A stretch of DNA of 64,000 nucleotides from an uncultured cyanobacterium. GTDB taxonomy: Bacteria > Cyanobacteriota > Cyanobacteriia > PCC-9006 > JAAUQQ01. This document shows, piece by piece, positions 61,219 through 64,000 of this stretch. Positions within the stretch are counted from its first letter, which is position 1. Each line of letters begins with the position of its first letter. The position numbers and the translations under genes are program-made. The stretch spans positions 4,288,001 to 4,352,000 of the forward strand of contig OY970368.1 of the NCBI GenBank assembly GCA_963718615.1, in the 5' to 3' direction. The notes under the pieces were generated by a model. That model saw only the letters and a list, made by a program, of their open reading frames with translations, made no database searches and was not told the DNA's origin.

Positions 61219-62147
61219 TTGATATTTTTCCGCAGACGATAACGAATAAAAATTGCCAATCCATTCATGAACAGGGTCAACGTGACGAGCACTGCACCGG
61301 CTGCCGCTGCATTCACTTCAAAAGCCAGATCCGGTCGCGAGACCCAGCTAAACATTTGAATCGGTAAGACTGTAAAGGGAGACAGTAACCAGGAAAAGGA
61401 AAGGAAGGGAAATTCAGATTTAAAGGGGGAATCTGGTAAAAACGTAATGAAGGTTAGGGCACCAATGGTGACCAAGGGAGCTGTTTCACCAATGGCGCGA
61501 GATAATCCAATAATCACGCCCGTCAAAATGCTTCCCATGGAGTAGGGCAAAATATGGTCCTTGATCATACGCCATTTGCTAGCACCCAGGGCATAGGCCG
61601 CTTCTCGCAGACTACTCGGAATGGATCGTAATGCTTCTCGGGTCGTCACAATCACAACGGGCAGAACAAGCAGCGCTAAGGTCAATCCAGCAGTGATGAT
61701 ACTTTCACCCAAATTTAACGCGTATTTGAATAGGCCGAGGGCCAGCAAGCCATAGACAATCGAGGGAACACCGGCCAAATTGGTGACATTGATTTCAATC
61801 AGGTCTGCTAGCCAACCTTTCCTGGCATATTCTTCTAGATAAATTCCCGCCGCAATGCCCACGGGCACGGCAAGCGTCGTGGTCACGAGCATGACGAGCA
61901 TGCTGCCCACGAGGGCAATAAAAACCCCTGCATCTTCCGCATCGCTACTGGCGGGGGAAGAAAGAAACTGCCAATTGAGGCGGCTGATGCCTTGGCCAAA
62001 GAGACTAACGATGAGTACCAAAAGGACCAGCAATGCAACCAGAATGGAAATCAATCCAACGATCGCAAAAATATTGCTGTATAACTGTCGTCGAGAGACA
62101 GATTTGCGCAGAGCAATCAGTCCATGCTCGGGGATTGCGATCGCCAT
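61212..62147 (-). CDS. pstA: Phosphate ABC transporter permease PstA
   Basis: [18 protein letters not shown] and SRAIGETAP. Confidence 0.95.
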   Translation of the reverse strand: MAIAIPEHGLIALRKSVSRRQLYSNIFAIVGLISILVALLVLLVLIVSLFGQGISRLNWQFLSSPASSDAEDAGVFIALVGSMLVMLVTTTLAVPVGIAAGIYLEEYARKGWLADLIEINVTNLAGVPSIVYGLLALGLFKYALNLGESIITAGLTLALLVLPVVIVTTREALRSIPSSLREAAYALGASKWRMIKDHILPYSMGSILTGVIIGLSRAIGETAPLVTIGALTFITFLPDSPFKSEFPFLSFSWLLSPFTVLPIQMFSWVSRPDLAFEVNAAAAGAVLVTLTLFMNGLAIFIRYRLRKNIKW

Positions 62148-62148
62148 C

Positions 62149-63060
62149 CTAATAGTTCTCCCGATATCGCTTACTGAGGAAGTGGCCAAAAATATTAAAG
62201 ACTAATGTCATTAAGGCCAAAACCAAACCCGCTGCAAAAACCGTTTGGTAAGCGGTAGAACCGTGGGGCAAATCCCCCAAACTGACCTGAACGATGTAAG
62301 CCGTAATGGTTGCCGCAGGCTCTAGGGGGTTGAGGGTAATGGTCGGCTGCAAACCAGCGGCGATCGCCACAATCATGGTTTCACCAACAGCACGGGAAAT
62401 AGACAGAATATAAGAGGAAGAAATGCCCGAAATTGCCGCAGGAAAGACAACCCTAACCGCCGTTTGAAACCGAGTTGCCCCAGTGGCATAGGAGCCCTCA
62501 CGGAGTTCCCGAGGGACAGCCCGCATTGCATCTTCACTAATCGACGCCACCAGGGGAATAATCATAATCCCCATCACTAAACCGGGACTGAGCATATTAA
62601 ATCCTGGCAAACTGGGCAGAATTTTTTGCAGCAGGGGCGTGACAAGGATCAGCGCAAAATAGCCGTAGACCACGGTTGGAATCCCGGACAGCATTTCAAG
62701 ACCCGGCTTAATCAATTCCCGCACCCGATCTGAGGCAAATTCGCTCAAGTAAAATGCCGACAACGTCCCCATGGGAATGGCGACCGTTAAGGCGATGAGC
62801 GAAGTCATTAGGGTTCCACAGACCAAGGGCAAAATCCCATAGGTCGGCGGTTCAAACATGGGAGCCCAATCCGTTCCCGTGAGAAACTCAACAATTGAAA
62901 CGTCCTTGAATAACCCAATCGACTCAGTGATGAGAATCACCATGATGGCAGCGGTGGTCGCGACTGCCACCAAAGCAGAGGCAAAAAGGACAGCTTCGAT
63001 GGCTTTCTCTCTGATGTGACGACCTCGGCGGTATTCTAAATTAGAGGCTTGAACATTCAT
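62149..63060 (-). CDS. pstC: Phosphate ABC transporter permease PstC
   Basis: GIPTVVYG, SEDAMRAVP and SRAVGETMIV. Confidence 0.95.
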   Translation of the reverse strand: MNVQASNLEYRRGRHIREKAIEAVLFASALVAVATTAAIMVILITESIGLFKDVSIVEFLTGTDWAPMFEPPTYGILPLVCGTLMTSLIALTVAIPMGTLSAFYLSEFASDRVRELIKPGLEMLSGIPTVVYGYFALILVTPLLQKILPSLPGFNMLSPGLVMGIMIIPLVASISEDAMRAVPRELREGSYATGATRFQTAVRVVFPAAISGISSSYILSISRAVGETMIVAIAAGLQPTITLNPLEPAATITAYIVQVSLGDLPHGSTAYQTVFAAGLVLALMTLVFNIFGHFLSKRYRENY

Positions 63061-63086
63061 TATAAAATCGAAACCGTAAAAGGCAG

Positions 63087-63110
63087 AAGGGGGTAATCAA
63101 TCACCCCCTT
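63087..63110 (-). terminator. Stem-loop between pstS and pstC (terminator or mRNA stabiliser)
   Basis: AAGGGGGT-N8-ACCCCCTT inverted repeat in the pstS-pstC spacer. Confidence 0.5.
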
Positions 63111-63193
63111 GGTTGGCATCTTCGCGACTAGACTGCCACGGGCAAAGTCCCAGATTCAGTCACCAAGTTTTGCCGGGTAGCGACTTAGAAACG

Positions 63194-64000
63194 CTATTTG
63201 AAGCTCTTGAACTTAGACAAGGTTTGCTGATAAGCAGCAGCCTTGTAAGGCACATAGCCAACCTTATCAACGGTTGTGCCCGCATTTTTGAGATAGTACT
63301 CTACAAAAGAGCGGACTTCGGGCTTTTTGGCCGCCTTATCAGACACATAGATAAAGATAGGGCGGGACAGCGGCGTATACTTGCCATTCAACACGTTCGC
63401 ATCCGTGGGCTGGACACCGTTGATGGCGACAGACTTAAGCTTGTCCTTGTGGGCGAGGTAGTAGGCATAGCCAAAGTAGCCAAGCCCATTGGCATCGTTT
63501 TCTACGCCGCGAACCAGGATGTTGTCATCCTCACTGGCCGTGTAGTCCTTACGGCTTGCACCAGACTTGCCATTAATTTCTTCGGTGAAGTAGTCAAAGG
63601 TTCCAGAGTCAGCACCCGGTCCAAAAAGGCGCATTTTAGTATTGGGTAACCCTGACCGAACCTGGCTCCAAGTAGATACCTTACCCTGGGATTCCGGAGC
63701 CCAAATTTTCTTCAGTTCCGCTGTCGTCAGGTTGCTAACAGCTGTGTTTTTCTTATTGACTACGACGGTAAGAGCATCAATGGCAACGGGAAGTTCGACA
63801 TACTTGATTCCCTTTGCTGCACAAGCTTTCTTTTCAGAATCTTTGATTGGGCGGGAGGCATTGGAGATATCGGTCTCACCAGCACAAAACTTTTTAAAGC
63901 CGCCGCCTGTACCCGAAACACCCACGGTCACCCGAACCGCCTTATTGGCTTTCTGGAAACCATCAGCCACTCGTTCAGTAATGGGGAAAACGGTGCTTGA
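63194..64000 (-). CDS. pstS: Phosphate ABC transporter substrate-binding protein, 5'-truncated by the window edge
   Basis: SSTVFPI at the window edge, SGTGGGFKKFC, NASRPIK, DSGTFDYF and YTPLSRP. Confidence 0.95.
   Translation of the reverse strand, partial: SSTVFPITERVADGFQKANKAVRVTVGVSGTGGGFKKFCAGETDISNASRPIKDSEKKACAAKGIKYVELPVAIDALTVVVNKKNTAVSNLTTAELKKIWAPESQGKVSTWSQVRSGLPNTKMRLFGPGADSGTFDYFTEEINGKSGASRKDYTASEDDNILVRGVENDANGLGYFGYAYYLAHKDKLKSVAINGVQPTDANVLNGKYTPLSRPIFIYVSDKAAKKPEVRSFVEYYLKNAGTTVDKVGYVPYKAAAYQQTLSKFKSFK

Noticed and set aside
1-64000. Abundant GCGATCGC octamers as a novel repeat
   Set aside because: This is the well-known cyanobacterial HIP1 sequence.

Overview
A 64-kb chromosomal window from a fairly GC-rich cyanobacterium, judged from dense HIP1 GCGATCGC octamers and the genes psbH, psbN, ntcA and ftsH3. 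Most of it is housekeeping and signalling genes: pseudo-orthocaspase, ftsH, eda, an RsbW/RsbU-like pair, S8 protease, CHASE2 kinase, peptide ABC genes, a large DUF4347/lectin/GSDH protein, ftn6-like, glmU, psbN/psbH/tatA/pth, ntcA, fabI, hisB, leuA, higBA, alpha-2-macroglobulin and pstSCAB. The standout feature is a ~4.5-kb IS200/IS605-family (IS1341-like, tnpB-only) element at 12678-17216. It keeps both end hairpins and the region expected to encode the omegaRNA, but the middle of its tnpB has been replaced by an oppositely oriented, AT-richer AAA-ATPase + S8-protease operon (IetAS-like toxin-antitoxin/defence module), with the HIP1-like hexamer GGCGAT at both junctions. A complete ISAzo13-family element (59105-60414, TTA target duplication, -1 frameshift) sits in the pstB stop codon. 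I saw no rRNA, tRNA or CRISPR array. All family assignments come from motif recognition by eye; no database searches were run.
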